64,000 bases of DNA, from the NCBI GenBank assembly GCA_016186705.1, contig JACPLB010000003.1, positions 18,508 through 82,507 of the forward strand, written 5' to 3'. This DNA is from Candidatus Kaiserbacteria bacterium (GTDB lineage: Bacteria > Patescibacteriota > Minisyncoccia > Phycocordibacterales > JABMNX01). Numbering within the stretch: position 1 is the first letter of the stretch; each line of letters starts with the position of its first letter. Below, piece after piece: positions 37,171 to 47,213 of this stretch. Made by a program: the position numbers and the translations under genes. The notes under the pieces were generated by a model that had not been told where the DNA came from, searched no databases, and worked only from the letters and a program-made list of their open reading frames with translations.

Positions 37171-38271
37171 ATGAAAAGAATTCAAGACGAATCGGACCTG
37201 CGGGGGAAAAAGGTGCTCGTGAGGGTTGATATTGACGACGCGCTCGTTAACTCGTTTCCAATCCGCGCCGTACTGCCGACGCTCTCTTTTCTCCGAAACG
37301 CCCAGGCAAAAATCGTCCTCCTTACGCATGTGGGGAGAGACTCGCATGCGTCCTCGGAGAAGCTTTTCAAAGCTCTTCAAAAAGAAATAACGCTTGATTT
37401 TGTTCCCGATGTTATCGGAGCAAAAGCACGGAACGCCATTTCAAACATGAAAGACGGGGACGTGCTTCTTCTTGAGAACATACGCCGCGAACAGGGGGAA
37501 ATAGAGAATAGTGGCAGCTTTGCACGCAAGCTTGCGGGACTCGCGGACATCTACGTAAACGACGCGTTTGCGGTCTCTCACCGACAACATGCCTCAATTG
37601 TCGGCGTGCCGAAATACCTCCCGAGTTTCGCGGGACTGCGGCTTCAAGAGGAAATAAAACATCTCTCACGAGCTCTTTCTCCGGAACATCCCGCGCTTTT
37701 TATCATCGGCGGAGCGAAAATCGAGACTAAACTGCCGCTCATAAAGAAATTTCTTGAGCTCTATGACACGGTGTTCATCGGAGGGGCGCTTGCCAACAGT
37801 TTTTTCAAGGCGAAAGGTCTTGAAATAGGGGATTCCATTGTCTCCGAAAGCGATATAGACATCACGTCTCTTCTTGATAATAAAAAAATTATTCTTCCGG
37901 CGGACGCGATAACGAAAACAAGAGATGGAATCGTGACAAAAAGTGTAACGGATATTAAGCCGGGAGAAAAAATGCTTGATGCGGGAGAGGCGACGGTGGC
38001 GGAACTTATTCGGCAGTGCGCGAAAGCGAAATATGTGTTATGGAACGGTCCTCTCGGCATCTATGAGGAAGGGTATGACAAAAGTACGAAGAGTCTGGCG
38101 CAAGCAATCGCCGATTCATCGGCTCATAGCATTGTCGGAGGCGGGGATACGGCGTCCGCCATCGTATCTCTCTCTCTTGAAGAGAAGTTCTCTTTCCTTT
38201 CAACCGGCGGCGGAGCGATGCTTCAGTTTCTTCTTGAGGGAACACTTCCCGGAATTGAGGTATTACGTTAG
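37171..38271 (+). CDS. pgk: phosphoglycerate kinase with divergent N-terminal substrate motif
   Basis: LLENIR, YVNDAF, GGAK, WNGPLG, GGGDT, STGGGA. Confidence 0.93.
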   Translation: MKRIQDESDLRGKKVLVRVDIDDALVNSFPIRAVLPTLSFLRNAQAKIVLLTHVGRDSHASSEKLFKALQKEITLDFVPDVIGAKARNAISNMKDGDVLLLENIRREQGEIENSGSFARKLAGLADIYVNDAFAVSHRQHASIVGVPKYLPSFAGLRLQEEIKHLSRALSPEHPALFIIGGAKIETKLPLIKKFLELYDTVFIGGALANSFFKAKGLEIGDSIVSESDIDITSLLDNKKIILPADAITKTRDGIVTKSVTDIKPGEKMLDAGEATVAELIRQCAKAKYVLWNGPLGIYEEGYDKSTKSLAQAIADSSAHSIVGGGDTASAIVSLSLEEKFSFLSTGGGAMLQFLLEGTLPGIEVLR

Positions 38272-38406
38272 ATTATTTCACGTTCAACTTTAATAAGAGA
38301 ATATCCTTGACATCCTATTGAAGATATGATATACTTTAAGGTAGACATTTGAGGGGAGATTATCCCCAGTCATCCCATTCACCCTATTATCCCATGGAGG
38401 ATAATC

Positions 38407-38820
38407 ATGGTTCAGTTCACAGACATTATTACTGAAATCCGCAACCTGCAAGCGAAGGATGAAACGAAGAGAAAAGCCGCTGACAAAGCGGCGAGTGACC
38501 TGAAAAGAAAGGTCCGAGAGTTGACTGATATGTGCAGGCCGCACTGCCTTGCCGCGGTCAAGCGATATAATCGCAATGCATCGCTGAAGATCGTATCCGA
38601 AAGTGTCAAGCTCAGTTTTAATCTTGACCAGGGGAAGCTCTCGCTTCACATGCGCCTCGTGCATCTAAACGGAGTCGAACCCGACGAGTCTTTGGAATCC
38701 AAAGACGAGAAGGTTATGGGTCAAAAACTCGGCCGCCTTCTTAACTCAAGACTCGCTAAGGCAGGCATTCCGCTGAGGTTAAAAGAAGTCCAGGTTCCTT
38801 CGGACTACTTCCCCAAATAA
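38407..38820 (+). CDS. hypothetical orphan protein
   Basis: TTGACA(38307)-N17-TATACT, GGAGG RBS, downstream hairpin plus T tract. Confidence 0.75.
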   Translation: MVQFTDIITEIRNLQAKDETKRKAADKAASDLKRKVRELTDMCRPHCLAAVKRYNRNASLKIVSESVKLSFNLDQGKLSLHMRLVHLNGVEPDESLESKDEKVMGQKLGRLLNSRLAKAGIPLRLKEVQVPSDYFPK

Positions 38821-38885
38821 GATATGGTGCTAATCAGTCCCGCACACCAAAGGAGTCCCGTACTCGCTTGTGTGCGGGGCTCTTT

Positions 38886-39296
38886 TTATCTTCCAACTTG
38901 TTTTCTTATTTTTTCACCGACTTCGGCCATCTCCCCTTCCTTGTACGGCGCTCCTTTCCAGTGTTTGAATCCGTCGTCATTGAATCGAGGGACGATATGG
39001 ACGTGCGAGTGGAACACAAGCTGTCCGGCGGCGCTCTCATTGTTCATAATAATGTTCACACCGTCCGCCCCGACCGCTTTTTGAATCGCGGGAGCAAGCG
39101 CACGCACTACTTTTATCATGGCAATCCAGTCTTTTTCTGAAATGTCATGTATGTTTCTTGAGTAATGCCGAGGCACAACGAGAGTGTGGCCGGGATTCGT
39201 CGGGTTAATGTCGAGAAAGGCAAACGTTTCTTCGTCCTCGTACACCTTTTCAGAAGGAAGTTCTCCCTTGATAATTTTTTCAAACACATCGTTCAT
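38886..39296 (-). CDS. HIT family hydrolase
   Basis: AFLDINP, GHTLVVP, AGQLVFHSHVHIVPR; start at ATG 39296. Confidence 0.93.
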   Translation of the reverse strand: MNDVFEKIIKGELPSEKVYEDEETFAFLDINPTNPGHTLVVPRHYSRNIHDISEKDWIAMIKVVRALAPAIQKAVGADGVNIIMNNESAAGQLVFHSHVHIVPRFNDDGFKHWKGAPYKEGEMAEVGEKIRKQVGR

Positions 39297-39347
39297 ATAA
39301 GCATGCGTGATTGTATGATAACATTTCAGTAAAGGAAGCAGTAAGAG

Positions 39348-41069
39348 ATGGCAATGCACGCATACGCCTTGAAAAAGCCGCATACAGAAGAGGAGAAAAA
39401 CGAATTGAAAGAATATCCGGAACTTCTCCAGGAGCTTTTGATGAATCGAGGGGTGAGGACGAAAGAAGAGGCGGATACATTTCTCAATCCCAATTACGAC
39501 ACTCATCTCCACGACCCGTTTTTGATAAAAGACATGGGAAAAGCGGTCTCCCGCATTCTTCGGGCGATTGAAAAGGGCGAGCGTATCGCGATTTGGAGCG
39601 ATTACGACTGCGACGGCATTCCGGGAGGAGTGCTTCTCCATGATTTTTTCAAAAAAATCGCTTATGCAAACGTGCTCAATTATATTCCGCATCGCCACAA
39701 CGAAGGGTATGGTCTCAACGTAAACGCAATCGATACACTCAAAGGAGATGGAGTCTCCCTTATTGTGACGGTGGATGTCGGCATTACGGATGTGGAGCAA
39801 GTGAAGCATGCAAACAAACACTCAATTGACGTCGTCATCACCGACCACCATTTGCCGAACGGGACATTGCCGCCTGCGTACGCAGTCGTGAACTCAAAGC
39901 GTGAAGATGACACATACCCGTTTGACCAATTGTGCGGCTCCGGAGTCGCGTACAAGCTTGTCCAAGCCCTCATTCAAAAAGGAGACTTCGGTCTTACTCC
40001 CGGATGGGAAAAATGGCTCCTTGACGTCGCGGGACTCGCGACAATTGCCGACATGGTGCCACTTGTCGGAGAAAATCGCGTGCTTGCCTACTACGGGCTT
40101 AAAGTCCTGCGCAAGTCGCCCAGGAAGGGTCTCATAAAACTCTACCGGAAAATGAATCTGGAACAGCGGACTATCACCGAGGACGACGTCGGTTACATGA
40201 TTGCACCTCGCATTAACGCGGCTTCCCGCATGGACAGGCCGGAAGAGGCGTTTCGACTCCTCGCGACCGATGATGACGTCGAAGCGGGAATACTTGCCGA
40301 CCATCTCCATAAAATCAACAACGAACGGAAAGGAACAGTCGCCGCAATGGTGCGTGAAATCAAGAAAGAGGTCGGGAGTCGGGGAGAGAAGGATGTCATT
40401 GTCATCGGAAACCCAAAGTGGAGGCCGGCGCTCCTCGGACTTGCCGCGAACACGCTCGTTGAAGAGTATGGGAAGACGGTGTGCCTGTGGGGAGAAGAAG
40501 GTCTCTCTACGCAGGCAGGCGGAAGAGTTCTCAAGGGCTCCTGCCGTTCAAACGGGAGCGTGAACGTGGTTGAACTGATGAAGCGCTCCGAGAGTATTTT
40601 GATTGAGTACGGCGGACACCAATTTTCGGGGGGCTTTTCGGTGACGCGCGAGCACATTCATCGGCTTGAAGAAGTGTTTCTTGATTCCTACACGCACGCG
40701 AAACAAAAAGAACATGATACTGCTATCGTCGTCGATAAAAAGCTATGGCTTGATGATGTTACGTCAGACACTTATCGGCTCATTGAGCGCCTCGCGCCAT
40801 TCGGTGAAGGAAATCCAAAGCCGACATTTCTTTTTGAAGGAGTGGAAATCTCCGGTGTGCGCCATTTTGGAAAAGGGAATGACCATCTTGAGCTTACCTT
40901 TCAAAGCGAGAACGGGAAAACGATTCCGGCAATCGTTTTCTTTAAAGGAGAAAATGATTTTAACGTCACAATCAAGCCCGGAGCGAAAATACATCTCGTT
41001 GCGCACATCGAGCACTCGACATTCGGACGAACACAAGGGCTTCGTTTGCGGATTGTGGATATACGTTAA
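39348..41069 (+). CDS. recJ: single-stranded DNA exonuclease RecJ
   Basis: DYDCDG, TVDVG, TDHH, ATIADMVPL, PRINAASR, GGH, PFGEGNP. Confidence 0.96.
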   Translation: MAMHAYALKKPHTEEEKNELKEYPELLQELLMNRGVRTKEEADTFLNPNYDTHLHDPFLIKDMGKAVSRILRAIEKGERIAIWSDYDCDGIPGGVLLHDFFKKIAYANVLNYIPHRHNEGYGLNVNAIDTLKGDGVSLIVTVDVGITDVEQVKHANKHSIDVVITDHHLPNGTLPPAYAVVNSKREDDTYPFDQLCGSGVAYKLVQALIQKGDFGLTPGWEKWLLDVAGLATIADMVPLVGENRVLAYYGLKVLRKSPRKGLIKLYRKMNLEQRTITEDDVGYMIAPRINAASRMDRPEEAFRLLATDDDVEAGILADHLHKINNERKGTVAAMVREIKKEVGSRGEKDVIVIGNPKWRPALLGLAANTLVEEYGKTVCLWGEEGLSTQAGGRVLKGSCRSNGSVNVVELMKRSESILIEYGGHQFSGGFSVTREHIHRLEEVFLDSYTHAKQKEHDTAIVVDKKLWLDDVTSDTYRLIERLAPFGEGNPKPTFLFEGVEISGVRHFGKGNDHLELTFQSENGKTIPAIVFFKGENDFNVTIKPGAKIHLVAHIEHSTFGRTQGLRLRIVDIR

Positions 41070-41094
41070 CTGTTTATTATAAGGAGTACGTTTT

Positions 41095-41511
41095 ATGACT
41101 GACATAACCATTTACACGGACGGAGGTGCGCGAAATAATCCAGGACCGGCGGGAGCCGGCATCGTTATTATTGATAAAAACGGAAAGACACTTAGGGAGG
41201 TATCGAAATTTCTCGGAACGCAGACGAACAACTGGGCGGAGTATGAAGCAGTCGTTCTCGGATTTAAGGAAGCAAAGAAATTGGGGCTTAAAGGGAAAAA
41301 GATTGAGTTTAAGCTTGACAGCGAGCTTGTCGCGGAACAGCTCTCCGGACGCTACCAGATAAAGGAGCCGTCTCTTTTCGGACAATTCATTGCCGTGCAC
41401 AATTTTCGGGTTAAAGATTTCCCGCGCGTGACGTTTACACACATTCCTCGAGAAAAAAACAAGAAAGCGGACTCTCTCGCAAACGAAGCGATGGACCAGG
41501 GCGAGCGGTAA
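41095..41511 (+). CDS. rnhA: ribonuclease HI
   Basis: YTDGGARNNPG, TNNWAEYEA, DSELV, HIPREKNKKADSLAN. Confidence 0.92.
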   Translation: MTDITIYTDGGARNNPGPAGAGIVIIDKNGKTLREVSKFLGTQTNNWAEYEAVVLGFKEAKKLGLKGKKIEFKLDSELVAEQLSGRYQIKEPSLFGQFIAVHNFRVKDFPRVTFTHIPREKNKKADSLANEAMDQGER

Positions 41512-43004
41512 TGCAATCATTTCTCTACGCAGTCATCGGCGGGTTTGCATTCGGAGTTCTCTCCCGCTCACTTTTTAATTTCGGCGTCTACCTCTCGCTT
41601 TTTGTCGTTATTCTCGGCATGCTGGTTCTATCGTTTGCCCTTCTTGTTCGGGAGAAAAGAAGAGTTCTCATTCTGGGTATTCTCGTTCTTTCAATGGGTT
41701 CAGGACTTCTTCGATTCGACATCGCTGATATGAAAAAGGGAAGTGCCGTGCTTGAAAAATCGGTGAGTGCTCGCATTGCCGCGGAAGGCATCGTGATTGA
41801 CGAACCCGATGTCCGCGAGCGAAATACCAACTACACGGTTCTTCTTGAGAATATTTCTGGAGAAAACGTTAGAGACAGGGTACGTATCGTCGTAGAGTCG
41901 TATCCTCAATTTCAGTATGGTGACAGAGTGTCGATACGGGGAGAGCTTCAAAAACCGGACGGATTTACAACGGATAACGGCAGGTATTTTGACTACGGCG
42001 CTTTCCTCTCAAAGGACGACATTTTCTACCAGATGCTTTTCCCGACAGTCGACCTTACATCTGAGGGGCACGGCAATCCCATCAAACGCCGACTCTTCGC
42101 ATTTAAAAGAAGTTTTCTTGAGAGTGTTCAAAAGAGCATTCCCGACCCGGAAGTATCCCTTCTCGGGGGTCTTGTGGTCGGAGCGAAGCAGTCGTTGGGA
42201 GAAAAACTCCAAGAGGATTTCCGCACGACCGGCATTATTCACATTGTCGTTCTCTCCGGATACAACGTGACGATTGTCGCTGATGCAATGATGCGCGCAC
42301 TTTCGTTTCTGCCGCGCACTGTCGGCATGTCGTTTGGCGCGGTTGCGATTATTCTCTTTGCGGTCATGACCGGAGCGTCGGCGACAATCGTTCGGGCGAG
42401 CATTATGGCGCTTCTTGTAATTCTTGCCCGCGCCACAGGACGCACATACGACATCACACGGGCGCTTTTTATCGCCGGCTTTTTCATGATTCTTCACAAT
42501 CCGAAAATACTCCTTCACGACACTTCCTTTCAGCTTTCGTTTCTCGCGACACTTGGTCTCATCTGGCTTGCGCCGATTATTGAGCGACGACTTCATTTTA
42601 TTCCGGGCAAGTTTCAATTTCGGGAAGTCGCAACCGCAACGCTCTCGACGCAAATCTTCGTGCTCCCGCTCCTTCTTTATAAAATGGGCGAACTCTCGCT
42701 CGTCGCGCTTCCAGTCAACCTTCTCGTTCTTCTCACCGTGCCCGTAACGATGTTTTTCGGATTTCTCACAGGCATGCTCGGGTTCGTGAGTCTCGTACTC
42801 GCACTGCCGTTTGGATTCATATCGTACCTCTTTCTTTCGTACCAGCTCCGAGTCGTTGAATTTTTCGCCGAGCTCCCGTTTGCGTCGGTCCATTTGAATG
42901 TTTTTCCTCTCTTTTTAATGCTTGGGCTCTATGGTTTCTACGCCATCGTGCTATGGAAAATACATAAAAATACTCCACTTGTTCCGTCAAAGAAAGACAT
43001 TTGA
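41511..43004 (+). CDS. comEC: ComEC/Rec2 DNA uptake channel (OB fold plus competence domain, no MBL domain)
   Basis: TGIIHIVVLSGYN, RASIM, SFQLSFLAT; many TM helices. Confidence 0.93.
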   Translation: MQSFLYAVIGGFAFGVLSRSLFNFGVYLSLFVVILGMLVLSFALLVREKRRVLILGILVLSMGSGLLRFDIADMKKGSAVLEKSVSARIAAEGIVIDEPDVRERNTNYTVLLENISGENVRDRVRIVVESYPQFQYGDRVSIRGELQKPDGFTTDNGRYFDYGAFLSKDDIFYQMLFPTVDLTSEGHGNPIKRRLFAFKRSFLESVQKSIPDPEVSLLGGLVVGAKQSLGEKLQEDFRTTGIIHIVVLSGYNVTIVADAMMRALSFLPRTVGMSFGAVAIILFAVMTGASATIVRASIMALLVILARATGRTYDITRALFIAGFFMILHNPKILLHDTSFQLSFLATLGLIWLAPIIERRLHFIPGKFQFREVATATLSTQIFVLPLLLYKMGELSLVALPVNLLVLLTVPVTMFFGFLTGMLGFVSLVLALPFGFISYLFLSYQLRVVEFFAELPFASVHLNVFPLFLMLGLYGFYAIVLWKIHKNTPLVPSKKDI

Positions 43005-43096
43005 AATGTCATACGGGCGTTATTCCCGGAAACACAGGCGTTTTTGTTCAAGGTTTGATATACTCTTTCTATATCGGAAGTTAATAAAAAATATCT

Positions 43097-43348
43097 ATGC
43101 CAGCACAAGCAATAGCTCTCGGAGGAATAGTTGCAATCGCGCTTGCGGGAGCGGGAGTCTACGTCGCGCAAAACCGCATCGAGATTTGCCACGCAACCGA
43201 CTCGGAGCAAAAACCGTGGCAGATTATCAAGGTAAGCGAGCGCTCATGGCCGGCGCATCAAGCGCACGGAGACAAGTACCCTATTCCGCAGGGGGGATGT
43301 GATGCTGTGGAAACTCCTCCACCTCCAGGTCCCGGAGGCCAATTTTAG
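43097..43348 (+). CDS. small exported Cys/His-motif protein
   Basis: N-terminal TM, ICH, AHQAHGD, GGC, poly-Pro tail. Confidence 0.65.
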   Translation: MPAQAIALGGIVAIALAGAGVYVAQNRIEICHATDSEQKPWQIIKVSERSWPAHQAHGDKYPIPQGGCDAVETPPPPGPGGQF

Positions 43349-43393
43349 ATATTTTCACGGGGAACACCGCTGAGTGATGTTTCCTGCGGAAAT

Positions 43394-45433
43394 TCAGGAT
43401 GTTTCTAAGCTGACTCTTTTTAATGTCATCGCATTGATGACCACGATGACCGTTGAAAGGCTCATTAAGAGCGCTCCTATTTCCGGCCGGAGAAAAAATC
43501 CCCATGCCGCAAACACTCCAGCAGCCGCAGGGATAGCGACGATGTTGTACCCAAGCGCCCACGCCAAATTCTGAATCATCTTCCCATACACTTTCCGGGA
43601 AAGGACGAGAAGTCGCGAAATATCCTGCGGGTTATTTCTTGTGAGTACGACATCTCCCGCCTCGACTGCGACGTCAGTTCCTGCGCCGATTGCGATTCCC
43701 ACATCGGCCTGAGTGAGCGCTGGGGCATCATTGACTCCATCGCCAACCATCAGTACGACGTTCCCTTTCTCTTGAAGTTTTTTAATGTGAATGTATTTAT
43801 CCTCGGGCAACACTTCTGAAAAATAGGTATCTATACCAAGTTCTTCCGCGACACTCTCGGCGACGTTCTTATTATCACCAGTGAGCATCGCGACCTTGAC
43901 GCCGAGCGCATGGAGGTTTTTTACCGTTTTGTATGATTCCGGCTTGATACTGTCTGCAAGAGCGATAAGTCCGATGATTCGTTTATTATCCGCTATATAC
44001 ACAACCGTTTCCCCGCGGTCGGCAAGTTTGTGAGCTCTTTTTTCGGCGTCCTCGTCCGCCACATGAAGGTCGTGCATGAGCGCGCGATTGCCCGCGGCAT
44101 ATGCCGTGCCGTCAACTGTCGCCTTCATACCCTTGCCTGCAATATTTTTTACTCCTTTTACTTCCTTATCGGGAAGACCGCGCGTTTGAGCGTATCGAAC
44201 AATTGCCTGACCGACAATATGGGAAGAGTGCCTTTCTATTGAAGCGGCAATCGCAATTAACTCACCGGCCGAAACATCCGCTGTCGGTATCGCGTCATGA
44301 ACTCCGAACTCGCCGCGGGTCAAGGTTCCTGTCTTATCAAATACCACATAATCCGCTTTCTTGATGACTTCAATTTTCGCAAGATTTTTGATGAACACCC
44401 CATTCTTTACCGCAAGTGAGGTGGTGATGGTAGTGACTGTCGGGATGGCAAGACCGAGCGCGTGTGGACACGCAATAACAAGAACGGTAATTGCAAGCGT
44501 TATGGCAAATACAAACGGCTTGTCCAAAAATACCGACCATACAAGAATAGTGAAGAACGCGGTAATACCGGCGATAAATACAAGTACGGCAGAGGCCCTA
44601 TCGGCGATGCGTTGAGAGCGCGGTTTGGTACCTTGTGCGTCGCTGATAAGTTTCTGGATTTGGCCGATAGTCGAGCGTTCGCCGACGCGGGATATCATAA
44701 CGGTAAGCGAGCCGTCCAAGCATATGGAGCCGGCCACTACTGTATCCCCCTCCTTTTTCTCAACCGGCTTTGATTCCCCGCTTATGAGAGATTCGTCAAT
44801 GTTGGCCGTGCCTTCTTGAATGACCCCGTCTGCTGGGATTTTTTCGCCAGGCTTCACGAGCACAATGTCCTTCTCGGCAAGCTCTGTAATATCAACATCC
44901 TCTTCTTTAGTGCCAGAAAGTCTGTGCGCTTTTTTAGGCAGAAGTTTGGCGACTTCGGCGAGCGCGTCACCCGCGGCAGAGCTTGAGCGGGCCTCAAGGT
45001 AATGTCCGAACAGAAGCACCCAAATCAATGTTGAGATTTCAAGATAAAACTCCGTCTGCATCGTGGAGATAAACGTAGACGCAACCGAAAAAAGATACCC
45101 GGCGCCAACAGCAATCGAGACAAGCGTCATCATGCCGTACTTCCGCGCTTTTATTTCGTGAGATGCATGCCGGAAAAAGACAAGCGCGAAGCTAAAGATA
45201 ACCGTAGCAATACCGAATCCGATCCATCTGCTAAACGGAAGCGTGCCAATGCCGGCAAATCCGGTGACCGCATCGTTTGTAAACAGAAGCGGGATGAGGA
45301 GGAATGTCACAATCCAGAATCTGCGCAAGTATTCCTGTGCCGAACCGTGACTCATGGCGTGCGCTCCGTTCTGCGCGTGAGAATTATTCTTGTATGTTTT
45401 TGTATGGCACGAATGTGCGTCGTGGTGATTCAT
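43394..45433 (-). CDS. copB: copper-transporting P1B-type ATPase (CPH motif, CopB-like)
   Basis: His-rich N-terminus, SGES, ACPHALGLA, DKTGT, GDGVNDAP, YN and MSLS motifs. Confidence 0.9.
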   Translation of the reverse strand: MNHHDAHSCHTKTYKNNSHAQNGAHAMSHGSAQEYLRRFWIVTFLLIPLLFTNDAVTGFAGIGTLPFSRWIGFGIATVIFSFALVFFRHASHEIKARKYGMMTLVSIAVGAGYLFSVASTFISTMQTEFYLEISTLIWVLLFGHYLEARSSSAAGDALAEVAKLLPKKAHRLSGTKEEDVDITELAEKDIVLVKPGEKIPADGVIQEGTANIDESLISGESKPVEKKEGDTVVAGSICLDGSLTVMISRVGERSTIGQIQKLISDAQGTKPRSQRIADRASAVLVFIAGITAFFTILVWSVFLDKPFVFAITLAITVLVIACPHALGLAIPTVTTITTSLAVKNGVFIKNLAKIEVIKKADYVVFDKTGTLTRGEFGVHDAIPTADVSAGELIAIAASIERHSSHIVGQAIVRYAQTRGLPDKEVKGVKNIAGKGMKATVDGTAYAAGNRALMHDLHVADEDAEKRAHKLADRGETVVYIADNKRIIGLIALADSIKPESYKTVKNLHALGVKVAMLTGDNKNVAESVAEELGIDTYFSEVLPEDKYIHIKKLQEKGNVVLMVGDGVNDAPALTQADVGIAIGAGTDVAVEAGDVVLTRNNPQDISRLLVLSRKVYGKMIQNLAWALGYNIVAIPAAAGVFAAWGFFLRPEIGALLMSLSTVIVVINAMTLKRVSLETS

Positions 45434-45440
45434 ATGATGT

Positions 45441-46334
45441 TTAATGACACGTGTTATCTGCAGATTCCCCCTCTCCCTTCTTTCGTTTCAGGGAATATAT
45501 GAAGAAGGCACAGAGTCCAAGAATGGCAATTCCCCATATAAAATCCGGAATAACGGCAAGAAATGAAAATGCGCCCATTGACCAATCAGTAAGTGATTTC
45601 CCGAGCGCAATTTGATGCTCGGGCGACCAGTAAGCGTTATTCGTAATTCCAAGAAAGAACATAGTCAGACCGATAATAAGAAACATCAGTCCCGCAAGCA
45701 GGTTGGTTGAGTGAATCTCCATTGATGTTGAAGCAAAGGAAAGTTTAAGCATCTTTCCTTGAATCAGTTTGGACTTTTCAATCTTGTACTTGTCATAAAA
45801 GTACGCGGAGAGGAAGAGCGGAAAGACCATGCCGAATACATACGCAAACGTAACAATAATCGCTTTCCAAAATGTACCCGACAATACCGCAAGCGCCATT
45901 GCGCCCGCGAGAACCGGCGCACAACAGGATGTTGCGGCACCGGCGAGTACGCCGAGTGCGTAGATTGATTTTACGTGGTTGCCGCTCCCTGCTCTAAGTT
46001 TTTCCTTTATTGTGCGTGAAAGCGGCAGAGGGAGGCCTTTCCCTCTCATTGAAAGCACGCCGAGGATTATCATGAATAATCCTCCGAATACCCATAGTTC
46101 CCTGTGAAAATCTTGAAAAAGTTGCGCCAGTCCGGCAACACCAAGGCCGATAGGAACTAAAATAGTCGCTAGGCCGGCGAAGAAGACGAAGGTCATCTTC
46201 AGCATGTGTTTTTTCTCGCGGAATGCCGAGGCAATGTAGGCAGGGAGTAAGACGGTAATACAGCAGGGGGCAAACAAAGCGACCATGCCTGCCAAAAACG
46301 ATGCGATGATTGATGCCCCGAAAATAACGTCCAT
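45441..46334 (-). CDS. CcdA/DsbD-like transmembrane thiol-redox protein
   Basis: FAPCC..LLPAY and SCCAPVL; multiple TM helices. Confidence 0.85.
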   Translation of the reverse strand: MDVIFGASIIASFLAGMVALFAPCCITVLLPAYIASAFREKKHMLKMTFVFFAGLATILVPIGLGVAGLAQLFQDFHRELWVFGGLFMIILGVLSMRGKGLPLPLSRTIKEKLRAGSGNHVKSIYALGVLAGAATSCCAPVLAGAMALAVLSGTFWKAIIVTFAYVFGMVFPLFLSAYFYDKYKIEKSKLIQGKMLKLSFASTSMEIHSTNLLAGLMFLIIGLTMFFLGITNNAYWSPEHQIALGKSLTDWSMGAFSFLAVIPDFIWGIAILGLCAFFIYSLKRKKGEGESADNTCH

Positions 46335-46814
46335 TTAACGATTGTTTATTACAAGCGCTCTGATGCGGACTTCAAGCTCCGGTGTCACAGTTGAATTGGT
46401 TTTTAAAAAGACCGTGCGTTCCGCAAGTCCGACTCCGCTTGGGCCATGCGCGAGCGGGTCATATATGACCGTCAAATTTTTTGTCTCTCCAGCTAGTATG
46501 ACAACGTCTCTTTTCATTGGCTCGTGCATGCCAAAGGGCACATTATCAATTTCAGCGCTTGTGCACCCGCACGTTGTGGTTCCTCCGATAATAGTGACGT
46601 CCTCTTCTCCTTCGTTAGTAATCAGAAACGTTGTCGTTACCGTGCCATTGTAGATATCAATAGTGCCGAAATCATAGAAAAACGGGGCAACGGTAAGTCG
46701 TGCGACACTTTGGGTTTTTGAAGCCGACGAAGTGCCGTTTCCCGAGAGCATCAGAAAAACTCCCAGGGCGACAATGACCGCAATAACGATGAAAGACGAA
46801 ATGTTTGAACGCAT
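46335..46814 (-). CDS. DUF1573-like Ig-fold membrane-anchored protein
   Basis: YDFGTI, ITNEG, TTCGCT, YDPLAH. Confidence 0.75.
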   Translation of the reverse strand: MRSNISSFIVIAVIVALGVFLMLSGNGTSSASKTQSVARLTVAPFFYDFGTIDIYNGTVTTTFLITNEGEEDVTIIGGTTTCGCTSAEIDNVPFGMHEPMKRDVVILAGETKNLTVIYDPLAHGPSGVGLAERTVFLKTNSTVTPELEVRIRALVINNR

Positions 46815-46815
46815 G

Positions 46816-47085
46816 TTATTTTTTCTTTGAAACCTTGTACACCGAAAGAATTTCTCCGATAGCTTTTTTGTGGGCGCCGCTTTTCATCTGGCTGATTACG
46901 TGTGTGGATAAATGGTTTTCCAGCATGACGTTTTCAATTGACGAAAGTGCGTGCCGAACGGCGGATGTTTGGGTAATTATATCAACGCAGTACACTTCTT
47001 CCTCGACCATTTTTTGAAGACCCCGTATTTGACCTTCAATAATGTTAAGTCTGCGTACCAGTCGTTTCTTGACCTCTTTTTTCAT
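46816..47085 (-). CDS. csoR: CsoR-family metal-sensing repressor
   Basis: RLNIIEGQIRG, YCVDIITQ, LENHLSTHV. Confidence 0.9.
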   Translation of the reverse strand: MKKEVKKRLVRRLNIIEGQIRGLQKMVEEEVYCVDIITQTSAVRHALSSIENVMLENHLSTHVISQMKSGAHKKAIGEILSVYKVSKKK

Positions 47086-47094
47086 ATGGGTGTA

Positions 47095-47115
47095 TAATAC
47101 CCCTAGGGGGTATTA
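47095..47115. promoter_or_regulatory. CsoR operator
   Basis: TAATACCCC-TAG-GGGGTATTA C/G-tract palindrome within the csoR promoter (minus-strand TTGACT at 47123-47118). Confidence 0.85.
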
Positions 47116-47213
47116 GAAGTCAATCCTCCCTGTGGAAAGGTCGAGTCAGTTATCGTTGTAGCGACATACCGTTACTGTAAGAAGAAGATTATCAGTCACT
47201 AATAAAAATTATT

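Noticed and set aside
38886-39821. 311-aa version of the HIT ORF, and extended starts for pnp, rpsO, tig, ppa, fusA and rplC
   Set aside because: The extensions overlap neighbours or promoters; family similarity begins at downstream Met codons.
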